The translations under genes were made by a program, and so were the position numbers. The notes under the pieces are model-generated. The model did not search any database, had not been told where the DNA came from, and saw nothing but the letters and a program-made list of their open reading frames with translations. Positions 1 through 9,808 of a stretch of 64,000 nucleotides of DNA are shown here, piece after piece (positions within the stretch are counted from its first letter, which is position 1; each line of letters starts with the position of its first letter). This stretch comes from Candidatus Fraserbacteria bacterium (GTDB taxonomy: Bacteria > Bipolaricaulota > Bipolaricaulia > RBG-16-55-9 > DRXL01), in NCBI GenBank assembly GCA_947085185.1, contig CAMTVK010000003.1:64001-128000 (forward strand). Direction: 5' to 3'.

Positions 1-64
1 CCAACGGCAGAGTCGTGCGTTCGTGCGTACGTCGAAAACCGAGTAAAAAAGGAGGTTTCTGTAC

Positions 65-1645
65 ATGTTTAGAAGATTGCTCGTTCTGACTTGTGCGCTC
101 GCAGTTGTGAGTGCGCTTTCGTGGGGAGCGAACGCTGCTCCTGTCAGCGGGAGCTTCGCCATTGACATCGTCTTCTACCCGCAAGCTCCGATCACCAAGG
201 TCGACCTCATCAATATGAAGTTTGAGGCCGACCTGATCTTGACGCTCTCGATCAGCGGCATAGATATCACCAGCACCACGGTCTTCACCTTCCTGGGATT
301 GGAGTATCAATCGTTCGTGATCAGCGCCACGTTGGGTGCCTTGACCATCAAGGACACGATCATCTTCTCGCCGACGTTCTTTGAGTTCGAGGAGCTGCGC
401 GACCAGTACGGACGGGTGCGCTATTGCTTACAACTCTCCCTGCCCAGCTTTGCCGGTACCCCAGCGGACTGTACCTTCCCGGCCTACCCCAACCTGAACG
501 CGGGTATACTTGATCCCGACTTTGGGTTCGTGGGCTTCCATGATATCTTTCTGGGCGGGATTCACCCCGTCTCCCAGAACTTGATATTGGCCCGCTGGAT
601 CCAGGGGACCAATGCGCTCAACAACACCATCCGGTTCCGCAAGAAGATCGCGGATCTATCACTCAACATCGCCGGGTTGGTCCTCAACGTCAAGGCGCTC
701 TTTGCCAACGTTGCTTCGACTGACACTGGCTTCAGCTTGCTCAGCGGCTTGGTCCTGGCAATGGAGGGCAAGACGGTCAGCGGCGTGGGCGTGCGCGGGG
801 AGCTGTGGCTGGGCGCCAAGCAGGGGTTGGAGTGCTTCGGCGAGTGCAAGCCCCTGGAGCGCTTCTTCAACCAGATGGTCACCGGCGGCGGCTTCAATAA
901 CGTTGAGGAGGAGAAGCTCTTCCTCACCAATGTCCAGATCGCCGGCATCCGCCACGACCTGCGCATCGAGATGCACTTCAAGCTGCGACAGTGCACCATT
1001 GACCAGGTCGATGACGACCGCGACGGCTGGTTCGCCGAGGACCCAACGGCGAATGCCATCGATGAGGATAGAGATCTCTTGGATGGCGAGGATGACATTG
1101 ATGTCGTCAGCCCGATCTGCTATGTCGAGCTGACCCAGTCAGGCGTGATCGCGCCCTGGAGGCTCAGCTTCGTCACGCGCTGGAACTGGAACGGCAACCT
1201 CGACCTGCTGAGCAACGTCACGACGTTCACGCTCAAGGCCGGCGATATGTCCGTGCTCGCCACCTTCATCTGGCGCGCTACAGGGCAGTTGTCGTTCACG
1301 CCGGGGTTGGCCAACTTCGTCACCTCGTTTGATCCGCCCGGGCTCAGCGTCACCAGCAATGTCGTCTTCTGCACTAACCTCTGGTACTGCAACTGGGCCG
1401 TGGGTGGGCTTGCCAATCCGGCGCTCCTGCCGCCTGTGGTTTCGCACAGTCTGAGCTTCAGCGGCACGGTCGGACCGATGAGCATCGCCGCTACGGCGAT
1501 CTTCGATGGCGGGCTCTTTGGGCAGTTCAGCGAGTTGGATGTGGACCTGTCCGCTACCGTCGGCGCGGCCACCTTCACCAGCTCGACGATCTTGCTTGTG
1601 GACCAATTGGCCGGCCAGGCGTTTAGCCTGAGCTTCAAGTTCTAA
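65..1645 (+). CDS. Secreted, probable outer-membrane beta-barrel/envelope protein, paralog 1 of 3; carries an acidic Ca-binding-like insert
   Basis: Signal peptide, SD AAGGAGG, amphipathic beta-strand pattern, C-terminal FKF; motif QGLECFGECKP shared with the next two ORFs; insert DQVDDDRDGWFAED...DEDRDLLDGED. Confidence 0.7.
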   Translation: MFRRLLVLTCALAVVSALSWGANAAPVSGSFAIDIVFYPQAPITKVDLINMKFEADLILTLSISGIDITSTTVFTFLGLEYQSFVISATLGALTIKDTIIFSPTFFEFEELRDQYGRVRYCLQLSLPSFAGTPADCTFPAYPNLNAGILDPDFGFVGFHDIFLGGIHPVSQNLILARWIQGTNALNNTIRFRKKIADLSLNIAGLVLNVKALFANVASTDTGFSLLSGLVLAMEGKTVSGVGVRGELWLGAKQGLECFGECKPLERFFNQMVTGGGFNNVEEEKLFLTNVQIAGIRHDLRIEMHFKLRQCTIDQVDDDRDGWFAEDPTANAIDEDRDLLDGEDDIDVVSPICYVELTQSGVIAPWRLSFVTRWNWNGNLDLLSNVTTFTLKAGDMSVLATFIWRATGQLSFTPGLANFVTSFDPPGLSVTSNVVFCTNLWYCNWAVGGLANPALLPPVVSHSLSFSGTVGPMSIAATAIFDGGLFGQFSELDVDLSATVGAATFTSSTILLVDQLAGQAFSLSFKF

Positions 1646-1675
1646 GGGGATAAAAGCAAAAAGGAGGTTTCGTCA

Positions 1676-3217
1676 ATGTTTAGAAGAATCACGGCACTGG
1701 TGTGTGCACTAGCATTGGCCGGAGCTCTCTCCTGGACGGCCCAGGCCGCTCCGGTCACAGGCAGCTTCAGCTTGGACGTCGTCTTCTACCCGCTAGCTCC
1801 GATCACCAAGGTCGATCATGTCCTTGTGAAGTTTGAGGCCGACCTGGTGTTGACGATGTCCATCAGTGGGGTGGATCTGACCAGCACCACGCTCTTCACG
1901 TTTAAGGGCGTGGAAGTCCAGCTCTTCTCGGCTAAGGCGACGGTGGGCGCCATGACCTTCACCACGGTCTTGGCCTTTGCTCCAAACATCTTGGAGTTTG
2001 AGGAAGTGCGCTCTGGGGTCGCCAGCCGCGGCTGGTGTCTGCGCGATTCCGCGCCCTCGCCCCCACCATTTGCAGCAAACTGCGTCCCCTGGGGATTCAG
2101 CGCGGGCATAGAGTTCGATGGTACCGTTGATCCTCCCCCTCCACCAATCGATTCGCCAGATGTCAGCTTCTTTAGCATCTTCTGGTCGGACCCGGTAATC
2201 CAGAACATCTATCTAGGCCTGTGGGCCGATGGACTGCTACCAGGCCCCCATAACTTCACGGTCTCGCAGCTCGATCCGGCGCTGACCTTCCGCAAGAAGG
2301 TCGCAGAAGTGACCTTGAGCATCGCGGGGTTGACGCTAGGGTTGCGCGCGCTCTTTGGCAACTTCGGCACGGCTACCGTCCCGGACTTCCGGACGGGATT
2401 GGTGCTCATCCTGGAAGGCACAACGGTCTCGGGGGTCGGAGTACGCAGCGAGACCTGGGTCGGTGCCCGCCAGGGCTTTGAGTGCTTCGGCGAGTGCAAG
2501 CCCGCCTCACGCCTAGGGTTCATCGGAACGACGTTTGCTCCGATGCCTGCCACCGCCGGCATCGTCGGCCCAAGCATCCCCTTCGAACCCCAGGAGCAGA
2601 AGCTCTTCATCACCGGGCTGACACTGGCCGGCATCCGCAACAGCATCGCTATAGACTTCGTGCTCAGCGGTGCTGGAGCCAGCTCGCTCCAACCGACCGC
2701 CATGCAGATCACCTCGGGCTGGCGGGTGCCCACACTGCGCCTGACCATCACGAACATCGCACGGTTTGTCCCAGGGCTGGTCTTGGCGCGTGACATCATG
2801 CTCTTTGGCATCAGCATCGGCGAGGCCAGCGCTACCGTCCAGCTCGACTTCCGGCCCAACGTCATCGGCGCGTGGGAGACCTACTTCACCGCGCTGTTTT
2901 TGGAGTTTGATCCGCCCGGGGCCAAGGCTACGGTCGTCGTCCTCTCCTGCGATACGGATTGGTTCGGCTTCTACGGCTTTTGCAGCATACCTGGTACAGG
3001 CCCGTTCCTGGAAGTCGACTACATCTTGGAGTTCGAGGTGGGCGATCTGAGCGTAGAGATTGTGGCAATCATGCTGGGGAGCTTGCTGAAGGACCTCTAT
3101 AGGGTAGACATCTATGCCAGCTGGTCTCTCGGCGGAGCAGTCTCCCTCGACAGCACGACGATCTTGACTCCCGACGCGCTCTTCGCTCAGAAGTTCGGCG
3201 TGTCCGTCAAGTTCTAA
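1676..3217 (+). CDS. Secreted, probable outer-membrane protein, paralog 2
   Basis: Same framework (KFEADL, FRKK, ECFGECKP, terminal VKF); Pro-rich variable loop. Confidence 0.7.
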   Translation: MFRRITALVCALALAGALSWTAQAAPVTGSFSLDVVFYPLAPITKVDHVLVKFEADLVLTMSISGVDLTSTTLFTFKGVEVQLFSAKATVGAMTFTTVLAFAPNILEFEEVRSGVASRGWCLRDSAPSPPPFAANCVPWGFSAGIEFDGTVDPPPPPIDSPDVSFFSIFWSDPVIQNIYLGLWADGLLPGPHNFTVSQLDPALTFRKKVAEVTLSIAGLTLGLRALFGNFGTATVPDFRTGLVLILEGTTVSGVGVRSETWVGARQGFECFGECKPASRLGFIGTTFAPMPATAGIVGPSIPFEPQEQKLFITGLTLAGIRNSIAIDFVLSGAGASSLQPTAMQITSGWRVPTLRLTITNIARFVPGLVLARDIMLFGISIGEASATVQLDFRPNVIGAWETYFTALFLEFDPPGAKATVVVLSCDTDWFGFYGFCSIPGTGPFLEVDYILEFEVGDLSVEIVAIMLGSLLKDLYRVDIYASWSLGGAVSLDSTTILTPDALFAQKFGVSVKF

Positions 3218-3252
3218 GTTAGGGAAAAACCGAGAAAAAGGAGGTTCTGTCA

Positions 3253-4698
3253 ATGTTTAGAAGACTCACGATCCTCATGGCGGCGCTGGCCGTGGCCGCA
3301 GTGGCGGGCTGGTCTGCCCAGGCCGCTCCGGTCAGCGGTTCCGTAACGTTGGATATCGTCTTCACACCAGCAAATTTCTACGATTGTCTCCCTGGGACAG
3401 GCAGGGCACCGTGCAAGATCGACAAGATCTTGGTGAAGCTGGAGGCTGATCTCATCCTGACCCTGTCGGTCAGCGGCGTGGACATCACCAGCACCTCGGT
3501 CTTCACGTTTAAGGGGTTGGAGTACCAGTCGTTCGTGGCCACGGGCACCGTTGGGGCGTTGGCCTTCCGCACCCAGCTCATCTTCGCCCCCAACATCGTG
3601 GAGGTCCAAGTCGTCCGCGACGCCTTCGGACGGACTCGCTACTGCATCAATGCGATCGATCCGGCCCTGCCCGCTGGGCCACCTCCGCATCCCTTAGCGG
3701 CTTTCCTCTGCCCATACACCGGATCTACCCTCTACTGGTTATTGGAGGACATCGTCATCCATCCAGTGGTGGGCAATCTCACCCTTGCGGGTTACTTTGA
3801 CAGCGCAGGGCACCTTGATCCGGCGCTGACCTTCCGCAAGAAGATCGCGGAGCTGTCGCTGTCGCTGGCTGGGCTGACCATCGGCCTGCGCGGCATGTTC
3901 GCCAATATCGGCAGCGCTCAGACCCCCAATTGGCGCATGGGCGTCGTGGCCAGCGTCGAGGGCACAACGGTCTCGGGGATCATCATCCGCGCCGAATCGT
4001 GGATCGGCGCGCGCCAAGGGCTGGAGTGCTTCGGCGAGTGCAAGCCCCTCGAGCGCATCCGCGGCGGCAAGGTCGAGACTGACTTCATCATGTACGAAGA
4101 GAAGATCTTCATCCGCAACTTGAAGATCGCCGGCGTGACCTTCGGCGCACGCCTGGAGTTCACATTCGCCGATCCGCTGCCGGGCCAGCCGGTTGGCCTC
4201 AGCTTCCTGCTGCTGACCCAGGACTTCGCTCTGGCCCCGCTGGGCCTGACGGTCAATAACGTGATCCACGTCATGGGGCCGACCCTCACCATCGTCCAAG
4301 ACGTGATCACCACCACCCTAAAGGTGGGCGACGTCTCGGTCCTGGCCCAGTTCATCATCCGACCGGCAGTCACCGGAGCGTTCAACATCTACTTTGCTCA
4401 ACTGATCTCAACCTTCGATGCTCCGGGCGTCAAGGTCACCGACATCCTCGTCCCATGTATTGACGAGAATGTCTGCGCCTTCCCAGACGGGCTGCTGGAT
4501 CACACCCTAATCCTCTCCACGACTGTGGGCGACGTGAGCCTCGACATCCAGTTGTACTTTGCTGGGCTCTTCCGCGGCTTCTACCAGGCGATCGTTGAGG
4601 TCGGCTGGAAGCTAGGGAACACGACGATCCGCAGCTCCTCGGTCATCGGCGTGGATGCCCTGCTGGGACAGAAGATCGGTATCGAGTTCAAGTTCTAG
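3253..4698 (+). CDS. Secreted, probable outer-membrane protein, paralog 3
   Basis: Same framework, terminal FKF, extra Cys-bracketed loop near the N-terminus. Confidence 0.7.
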   Translation: MFRRLTILMAALAVAAVAGWSAQAAPVSGSVTLDIVFTPANFYDCLPGTGRAPCKIDKILVKLEADLILTLSVSGVDITSTSVFTFKGLEYQSFVATGTVGALAFRTQLIFAPNIVEVQVVRDAFGRTRYCINAIDPALPAGPPPHPLAAFLCPYTGSTLYWLLEDIVIHPVVGNLTLAGYFDSAGHLDPALTFRKKIAELSLSLAGLTIGLRGMFANIGSAQTPNWRMGVVASVEGTTVSGIIIRAESWIGARQGLECFGECKPLERIRGGKVETDFIMYEEKIFIRNLKIAGVTFGARLEFTFADPLPGQPVGLSFLLLTQDFALAPLGLTVNNVIHVMGPTLTIVQDVITTTLKVGDVSVLAQFIIRPAVTGAFNIYFAQLISTFDAPGVKVTDILVPCIDENVCAFPDGLLDHTLILSTTVGDVSLDIQLYFAGLFRGFYQAIVEVGWKLGNTTIRSSSVIGVDALLGQKIGIEFKF

Positions 4699-4720
4699 AG
4701 AAAACTCGGACGGAGTTGGC

Positions 4721-4765
4721 CCGGCCCTGGGGGAAAGACCCCGGGGCCGGTTGTTTTTTTTTTTT
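4721..4765 (+). terminator. Rho-independent terminator of the paralog array
   Basis: Stem ccggccctgggg/ccccggggccgg followed by a long T-run. Confidence 0.9.
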
Positions 4766-4807
4766 GAATCACGGAAGGCACGGAAGCGATCACGGAGCGC
4801 ACGGAAT
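4766..4807 (+). repeat. GAATCACGGA/CACGGA dispersed repeat (four CACGGA units)
   Basis: gaatcacggaaggcacggaagcgatcacggagcgcacggaa; related copies at 5474, 6095, 6737 and 18220. Confidence 0.7.
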
Positions 4808-4843
4808 CGGGTTGACAGGCCCTCACCGGTGAGATACTATACT
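4798..4843 (+). promoter_or_regulatory. Sigma70-type promoter with palindromic spacer, copy 1 of a 46-bp direct repeat
   Basis: TTGACA(4812)-17-TACTAT(4835); spacer contains the palindrome CTCACCGGTGAG. Confidence 0.8.
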
Positions 4844-4849
4844 GAAGCT

Positions 4850-5092
4850 ATGAACATCCAACAGTTATTGACTAATGACGAATGGCTCGCCGATCACCTC
4901 GATGAGCTTGTTGACCGCTATGCCGGCCGGGTTATAGCGATCCACCAAGGAGCCATCGTAGCTGTGGGGGATTCAGAAGCCGAGGTCTATCGCCTCCTCC
5001 ACGGGCAAGACCCCATGCCGTTGGTCTTCCGCGTTCCCCACCCAGAAGATCTCCAGTCACTCTTAGCTCATGCCAATCATCTTTCGCTATAA
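4850..5092 (+). CDS. DUF5678-like small protein (putative antitoxin/partner), probably leaderless
   Basis: MNIQQLLTNDEWLADHLDELVDRYAGRVIAIHQGAIVAVGDS pattern; ATG just after the -10 element. Confidence 0.7.
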   Translation: MNIQQLLTNDEWLADHLDELVDRYAGRVIAIHQGAIVAVGDSEAEVYRLLHGQDPMPLVFRVPHPEDLQSLLAHANHLSL

Positions 5093-5462
5093 ACATCTGA
5101 GAGGGCAGCCAGCTCCATTCATCCCCATCGGCATCAAGATCGCCGAGCGCTGGTATCCCCTGGAAGTGTACATAGATTCCGGCGCGGCTTATACAGTGCT
5201 CCACGCTGGGATCGCTGAAGGCATCGGCTTTGACTACCGCAGCGGCCGTCTCACATATCTACAAGTAGGCGACGGCAGCTTGATCCCCGTTTACTTGCAT
5301 AGCTTAGAGCTCCAACTAGGGTCAGAACGGGTAACGGCACCGGTAGGTTTTTCCGATAAGCTCGGAATTGGGTTCAATCTCCTGGGGCGTGCAGGAATCT
5401 TCGAGCGATTCGAGATATGCTTCCGTGAGAAGCAAGGGATTATCAGCTTTGAGCTGAACTAA
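5070..5462 (+). CDS. Retropepsin-like (clan AA) aspartyl protease
   Basis: YIDSGA catalytic motif and NLLGR motif; overlaps the DUF5678-like gene. Confidence 0.8.
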   Translation: MPIIFRYKHLRGQPAPFIPIGIKIAERWYPLEVYIDSGAAYTVLHAGIAEGIGFDYRSGRLTYLQVGDGSLIPVYLHSLELQLGSERVTAPVGFSDKLGIGFNLLGRAGIFERFEICFREKQGIISFELN

Positions 5463-5484
5463 TTTCTTCTCTTGAATCACGAGA

Positions 5485-5530
5485 CGCACGGAATGGGGTT
5501 GACAGGCCCTCACCGGTGAGATACTATACT
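5485..5530 (+). promoter_or_regulatory. Copy 2 of the 46-bp promoter repeat
   Basis: 45/46 identical to 4798-4843; TTGACA at 5499. Confidence 0.8.
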
Positions 5531-5553
5531 CTCCGTCTAAAGGAGGCGTGACT

Positions 5554-6102
5554 ATGCGGCGCATACTCTGTGCTCTGTTGGTTGGCGGAACTTTTCTCAG
5601 TGCTCAGGCCCAGACCCTCTCCACCCACCAGATCGTCCGAGTGCTCTCGGCCCAAGGAGACATAACAGCTTCGGACTTACAAGCAGCCCTCGGCCAATGG
5701 CAGCTCGAGCTCTATAACTTTCCCACCAAGACCGACTTTTTCTCTGCTCAATATCTCGTAGACGCCGACGAAAACGGGAGATTTGAAGCGGGCCTCGACC
5801 CAGTCTATGAGATCACCGGGCAGCCCAGACTGGTCACGGCGCACGCCACGGCCTTCTGTAGCAGCCCTCAGCCCTTCGTGGAGATGCGCGTGCACGTCAT
5901 CGCGGACTTTCAGATCAGACGCAACGGCCAGCCCCAAGGAGGCCCACAATCCGGAACAATACTCTTTCTCTCTTCGGGAGATGTGCGCGGGCCGTGGGTC
6001 ATGATGCTCTCCGTCGACTTGGACAACGATGGGACCTCTGAGGGCGTGATGGGGATCTCGACCCGATTCGCTCTGCCCCTCATCCCCCCGAGGTGTCCGT
6101 GA
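5554..6102 (+). CDS. Secreted hypothetical protein
   Basis: SD AGGAGG, signal peptide ending AQA, DxDxNG/DxDxDG motifs. Confidence 0.6.
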   Translation: MRRILCALLVGGTFLSAQAQTLSTHQIVRVLSAQGDITASDLQAALGQWQLELYNFPTKTDFFSAQYLVDADENGRFEAGLDPVYEITGQPRLVTAHATAFCSSPQPFVEMRVHVIADFQIRRNGQPQGGPQSGTILFLSSGDVRGPWVMMLSVDLDNDGTSEGVMGISTRFALPLIPPRCP

Positions 6103-6103
6103 T

Positions 6104-6703
6104 TCAAAACTTCGCGCCCTTGCGGGTCTTGATCACTTCGTCAATCAAGTGATAGTTCTTGGCGTCCTCGGGGCTCATGAAGAAGTCCCGGTCGGTGTCG
6201 CGCTCCACACGCTCGAGGGGCTGACCGGTGTGCATGGCCAGAATGCGATTGAGCTGATCGCGCGTCTTTAAGATCTCTTCGGCGTGAATCTTTATATCAG
6301 CAGCGGCTCCTTGCACCCCACCCCACGGCTGATGGATCATGATGCGCGCGTTGGGCAACGAGAGCCGCTTGCCCTTCGTCCCCGCAGCCAAGAGCAACGC
6401 GCCCATGGAGAACGCCGAGCCCACACAGATCGTGCGCACGTCGCTGCGCACATATTGCATCGTGTCATAGATCGCCAACCCCGCTGTTGTGCTGCCCCCA
6501 GGAGAGTTAATATAGAGATTGATGTCCTTCTCTGAATCTTTGGAGTCGAGAAAGAGCATCTGTGCCACCACCAAATTGGCCACATAATCGTTGATGACGC
6601 CCTGCAAGAAGATAATACGGTCTTCCAACAGCCGAGAGTAAATATCGTAGACACGCTCATATTGGCCGGTGCGATCAATGACGAACGGCACTTGGGCTTT
6701 CAT
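6104..6703 (-). CDS. clpP: ATP-dependent Clp protease proteolytic subunit
   Basis: [32 protein letters not shown]. Confidence 0.97.
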   Translation of the reverse strand: MKAQVPFVIDRTGQYERVYDIYSRLLEDRIIFLQGVINDYVANLVVAQMLFLDSKDSEKDINLYINSPGGSTTAGLAIYDTMQYVRSDVRTICVGSAFSMGALLLAAGTKGKRLSLPNARIMIHQPWGGVQGAAADIKIHAEEILKTRDQLNRILAMHTGQPLERVERDTDRDFFMSPEDAKNYHLIDEVIKTRKGAKF

Positions 6704-6755
6704 GGTGATTCACCTCTCCTTTGAGGTGTGTGGTTTGTCCGTGCTTTCCGTGATT

Positions 6756-7937
6756 CTAAATAATTTTCGCATTTTCATAGAGAAACTGCAAGGCCCGCTC
6801 GTCTTCGAGCTCGGAGCGGAAGCTCTGTAATCGCCCCTCGCGCTCCAGGAGCGCGCGGAGTTTTATGGGCTTCATCTCGCGCTTGCGTGCCTCTTCTTCT
6901 AAGAATTTTTCGAAATCTGCCTCGCTCAGCTTGAAGCCCTCCTGCTTTTTGATCGCTTCGAGGACGAGTTCACGCTTGACGCGCTGTGCGATCGCTTCTT
7001 TGAGCTTCTTCACCTCGTCTGCAGGAGGCTCCGGCATCCCCGAAGACTGAAGGCGCTCAAGCTCTTGGGCGACGAGCTCGTCAACGAAGCGTGTGGGCAG
7101 CTCCAGCGGCGTCTGCGCGACCAGAGCATCGAGAATCTTGAGCTTGAGCTCGCGCTCGCGGCGTCGCGCGCGACGCCCTTCTAATTCTTGGCGGATCTGT
7201 GCTCGGAGTGTTGCTATGTCTTCGTGTCCCAAAGTTTTGGCGAGCTCCGCGAGCTCGGGCTTCTCTAAGAGTTTGACGCCCTCGATGCGCACGATGAGAC
7301 GTGGCTGCTGGGCGCTTGTCGTCAGGGTGATGGTCTCACCGATCCTATGCCCGATGAGCTGCTCGGTGAGCTCGCCGGGGGAGGCCTGCCACTCCCGCAC
7401 TTGGTCCTCGCCGGAGATCCGCACCTCGACGATGTCCCCTGCCTCTACGGTGGAGCTCTGTGCGCCCGTCTTGGGGAGGAGCGTCGCGTGTTCACGTCGT
7501 ATCTGCTCGAGCACCGCGTCAATATCGCTCTCTTGGACAGGCTGGACAGGGATGTCCTCGACCTCGATCCCTCTATAGTTTTGTACGGTCACTTCGGGAA
7601 GGACCTCGATCTCGGCCTCGAACGTGAAGTCTTGGTGAGGGTCAAAGACTCCCGGCCTCGTCTGAGGAGCGCTGACGGGGCGAACCTGTAATTGCTGGAG
7701 CGCCTGAGGGAGATACTCTTCGATGAGCTCTGTTTGGGCGTCTTCGTTGAGGAAATCTTTGCCGAAGCGGGCCTCCAGCACAGCGCGCGGGACGTGCCCC
7801 GGGCGAAAGCCGGGGAGCTGAATCTCCCGACTGGCCCGACGAAAGAGCTCGTCGAGCTTCTCTCTGACGGTCTCGGCAGGGATCTCCACGCGCACCGTGA
7901 CTTGGGTGGGGCTCTTGAACTCTTTGGTGGCTTTCAC
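6756..7937 (-). CDS. tig: Trigger factor with a shortened PPIase domain
   Basis: PGFRPGHVP ribosome-binding motif; directly upstream of clpP. Confidence 0.9.
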   Translation of the reverse strand: MKATKEFKSPTQVTVRVEIPAETVREKLDELFRRASREIQLPGFRPGHVPRAVLEARFGKDFLNEDAQTELIEEYLPQALQQLQVRPVSAPQTRPGVFDPHQDFTFEAEIEVLPEVTVQNYRGIEVEDIPVQPVQESDIDAVLEQIRREHATLLPKTGAQSSTVEAGDIVEVRISGEDQVREWQASPGELTEQLIGHRIGETITLTTSAQQPRLIVRIEGVKLLEKPELAELAKTLGHEDIATLRAQIRQELEGRRARRRERELKLKILDALVAQTPLELPTRFVDELVAQELERLQSSGMPEPPADEVKKLKEAIAQRVKRELVLEAIKKQEGFKLSEADFEKFLEEEARKREMKPIKLRALLEREGRLQSFRSELEDERALQFLYENAKII

Positions 7938-8851
7938 GGCTGAGCGCTCCTCTCCTGAATGAGTTTTGTCAACAGCATATTGAGGGGTGTTGGGATGTGT
8001 AATCTTCGTCCCTCACGGACGACAGCTCCATTAATATACTCGATCTCTGTAGGTCGGCCGCGGCGCACATCTTGCAGCATGCTCGAGATATTCTGAGCCG
8101 TCTTGCACGCGACCGTCTCAACTCGTTCTATGGCTTCAGCTTCGCTGAGCGTCACCCCATGAGCGCGAGCCACCTGGAGCGCTTCACGGGCTACTGCCCC
8201 GGCGATCTCTCGGAGCTGTGGGTCATGGACGATGCTCCCGTTGGGCTGATCAAAGAGCGCCGTCAGCGGGTTGATCGCGCAGTTAATAATAAGCTTTTCC
8301 CAGAGAAGGCGCTCGATCTCTTCAGTATATTCTGGTTCGATCTGAGCTGTGCGCAAGAGCGCGATGATCTCTTCTATCTCTGGGGTGAGCGGGCCCTCCC
8401 AGCGGCCAAGTCTTGTGGGGCCGACGCCGGCCCAGCGCACCCGCCCGGGACCAAGCAGCGTCGCCCCTTGGGCTGTCACCCCGCGCAGGAATCTCTCTTT
8501 GGGAACGAATCGTAAGATTTCGTTCTCCATGCCGACCCCGTTCTGCAAGCTGAGCACCCATGACCGCGAAGATAATCTGGGAGCGATCTGCTCCATAGCC
8601 CGTAAAGTCTGATGGGCCTTCACGAAGATCCCCACAAGATCGGCGTCAGCGAGGGCTTCCGGGGTTGTCATAGCGTCTACCAAGACCCGAACAGGAGCGC
8701 CGTCGCGCTCGATGATCAACCCGGCGCTCGTGATCGCTCGTATATGCTCGACATTCGAAGGGTTATACAGCGAGACCGACGCTCCGGCCCGCGCCAGTAA
8801 GCCCCCAACGAGACTTCCCAAGGCTCCCGCGCCCACAATGCAGATCTTCAT
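7934..8851 (-). CDS. panE: 2-dehydropantoate 2-reductase
   Basis: GAGALG, LQNG, WEKLIINCAINP, SSMLQD, TEIEYING. Confidence 0.92.
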   Translation of the reverse strand: MKICIVGAGALGSLVGGLLARAGASVSLYNPSNVEHIRAITSAGLIIERDGAPVRVLVDAMTTPEALADADLVGIFVKAHQTLRAMEQIAPRLSSRSWVLSLQNGVGMENEILRFVPKERFLRGVTAQGATLLGPGRVRWAGVGPTRLGRWEGPLTPEIEEIIALLRTAQIEPEYTEEIERLLWEKLIINCAINPLTALFDQPNGSIVHDPQLREIAGAVAREALQVARAHGVTLSEAEAIERVETVACKTAQNISSMLQDVRRGRPTEIEYINGAVVREGRRLHIPTPLNMLLTKLIQERSAQP

Positions 8852-9687
8852 TGGAGTTTTTTGAGGATCTCTTCGCTGATCGTGAAGCTGTGCTCTGCGA
8901 CCGTCGGAAATTTTCCGGATTTGACGTCGCTCAGGAAATTTTTCGCAGCGCCTTCGATCTGCTCCGCCACGTTCGTATAGCGCTTAGAAAACTTGGGCGA
9001 GATGCCCAACGACAGCCCAATGACATCGGTCACGACGAGCACTTGGCCGTCGCAATAGGGCCCGGCACCGATCCCGATCGTTGGGATTGTGACACGCTCT
9101 GTGATGAGCTTGGCCAGCGCCCACGGGACGGCTTCCAGCACGAGCGAGAAGACTCCAGCTTCTTCTAAGATTTTCGCGTCGTTCAAGAGTTTTTGCGCGG
9201 TCTCTGCGTCGCGCCCTTGGACTTTGAGTCCCCCAAGCTGAGCCACGCGCTGCGGCGTCAGCCCAATATGGCCCATGACGGGGATGCCGCGCCGCACTAA
9301 GAGACTGATCATATCGGCCATCTCCGCGCCGCCCTCAAGCTTGACGGCTTCGGCTCCACCTTCTTTGAGAAAGCGCCCGGCGTTGCTTAAAGCCTGTTCA
9401 GCTGATATTTGATACGACAGAAAGGGCATATCCCCCACAAGCAGGGCGCGCTTGACCCCGCGACGCACCGCTTTGGTGTGATGGATCATCTCGTCCATAG
9501 TGACGGGGATCGTGTCGGGGTAGCCCAAGATATTATTGCCCACGGAATCGCCCACTAAGAGCACGTCAATTCCGGCGCGATCGAGCAGCAGAGCTGTGGG
9601 CCAATCGTAGGCCGTGAGCATGGCGATCTTCTCGCCGGACTCTTTCATGGCGCGCAGCTTGGGGATCGTGACTCGCTCGTTCATCAA
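8848..9687 (-). CDS. panB: 3-methyl-2-oxobutanoate hydroxymethyltransferase
   Basis: MLTAYD, LVGDS, AVKLEGG, GHIGLTPQ, GIGAG. Confidence 0.97.
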   Translation of the reverse strand: MMNERVTIPKLRAMKESGEKIAMLTAYDWPTALLLDRAGIDVLLVGDSVGNNILGYPDTIPVTMDEMIHHTKAVRRGVKRALLVGDMPFLSYQISAEQALSNAGRFLKEGGAEAVKLEGGAEMADMISLLVRRGIPVMGHIGLTPQRVAQLGGLKVQGRDAETAQKLLNDAKILEEAGVFSLVLEAVPWALAKLITERVTIPTIGIGAGPYCDGQVLVVTDVIGLSLGISPKFSKRYTNVAEQIEGAAKNFLSDVKSGKFPTVAEHSFTISEEILKKLQ

Positions 9688-9808
9688 TGGATCGTACTGA
9701 TCATAGCAAGTGCTGTAGAGGGCGTCAACCCGCTTGCACGGGGGAGCCTCGACGTGATAGAATCTCTTTTTGGTAATGGAGTCCGTCCCCTAGGGACGAG
9801 GCGGCTCT

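Noticed and set aside
65..4698. Diversity-generating retroelement acting on the paralogs
   Set aside because: No reverse transcriptase and no TR/VR pair with adenine-specific differences in the window
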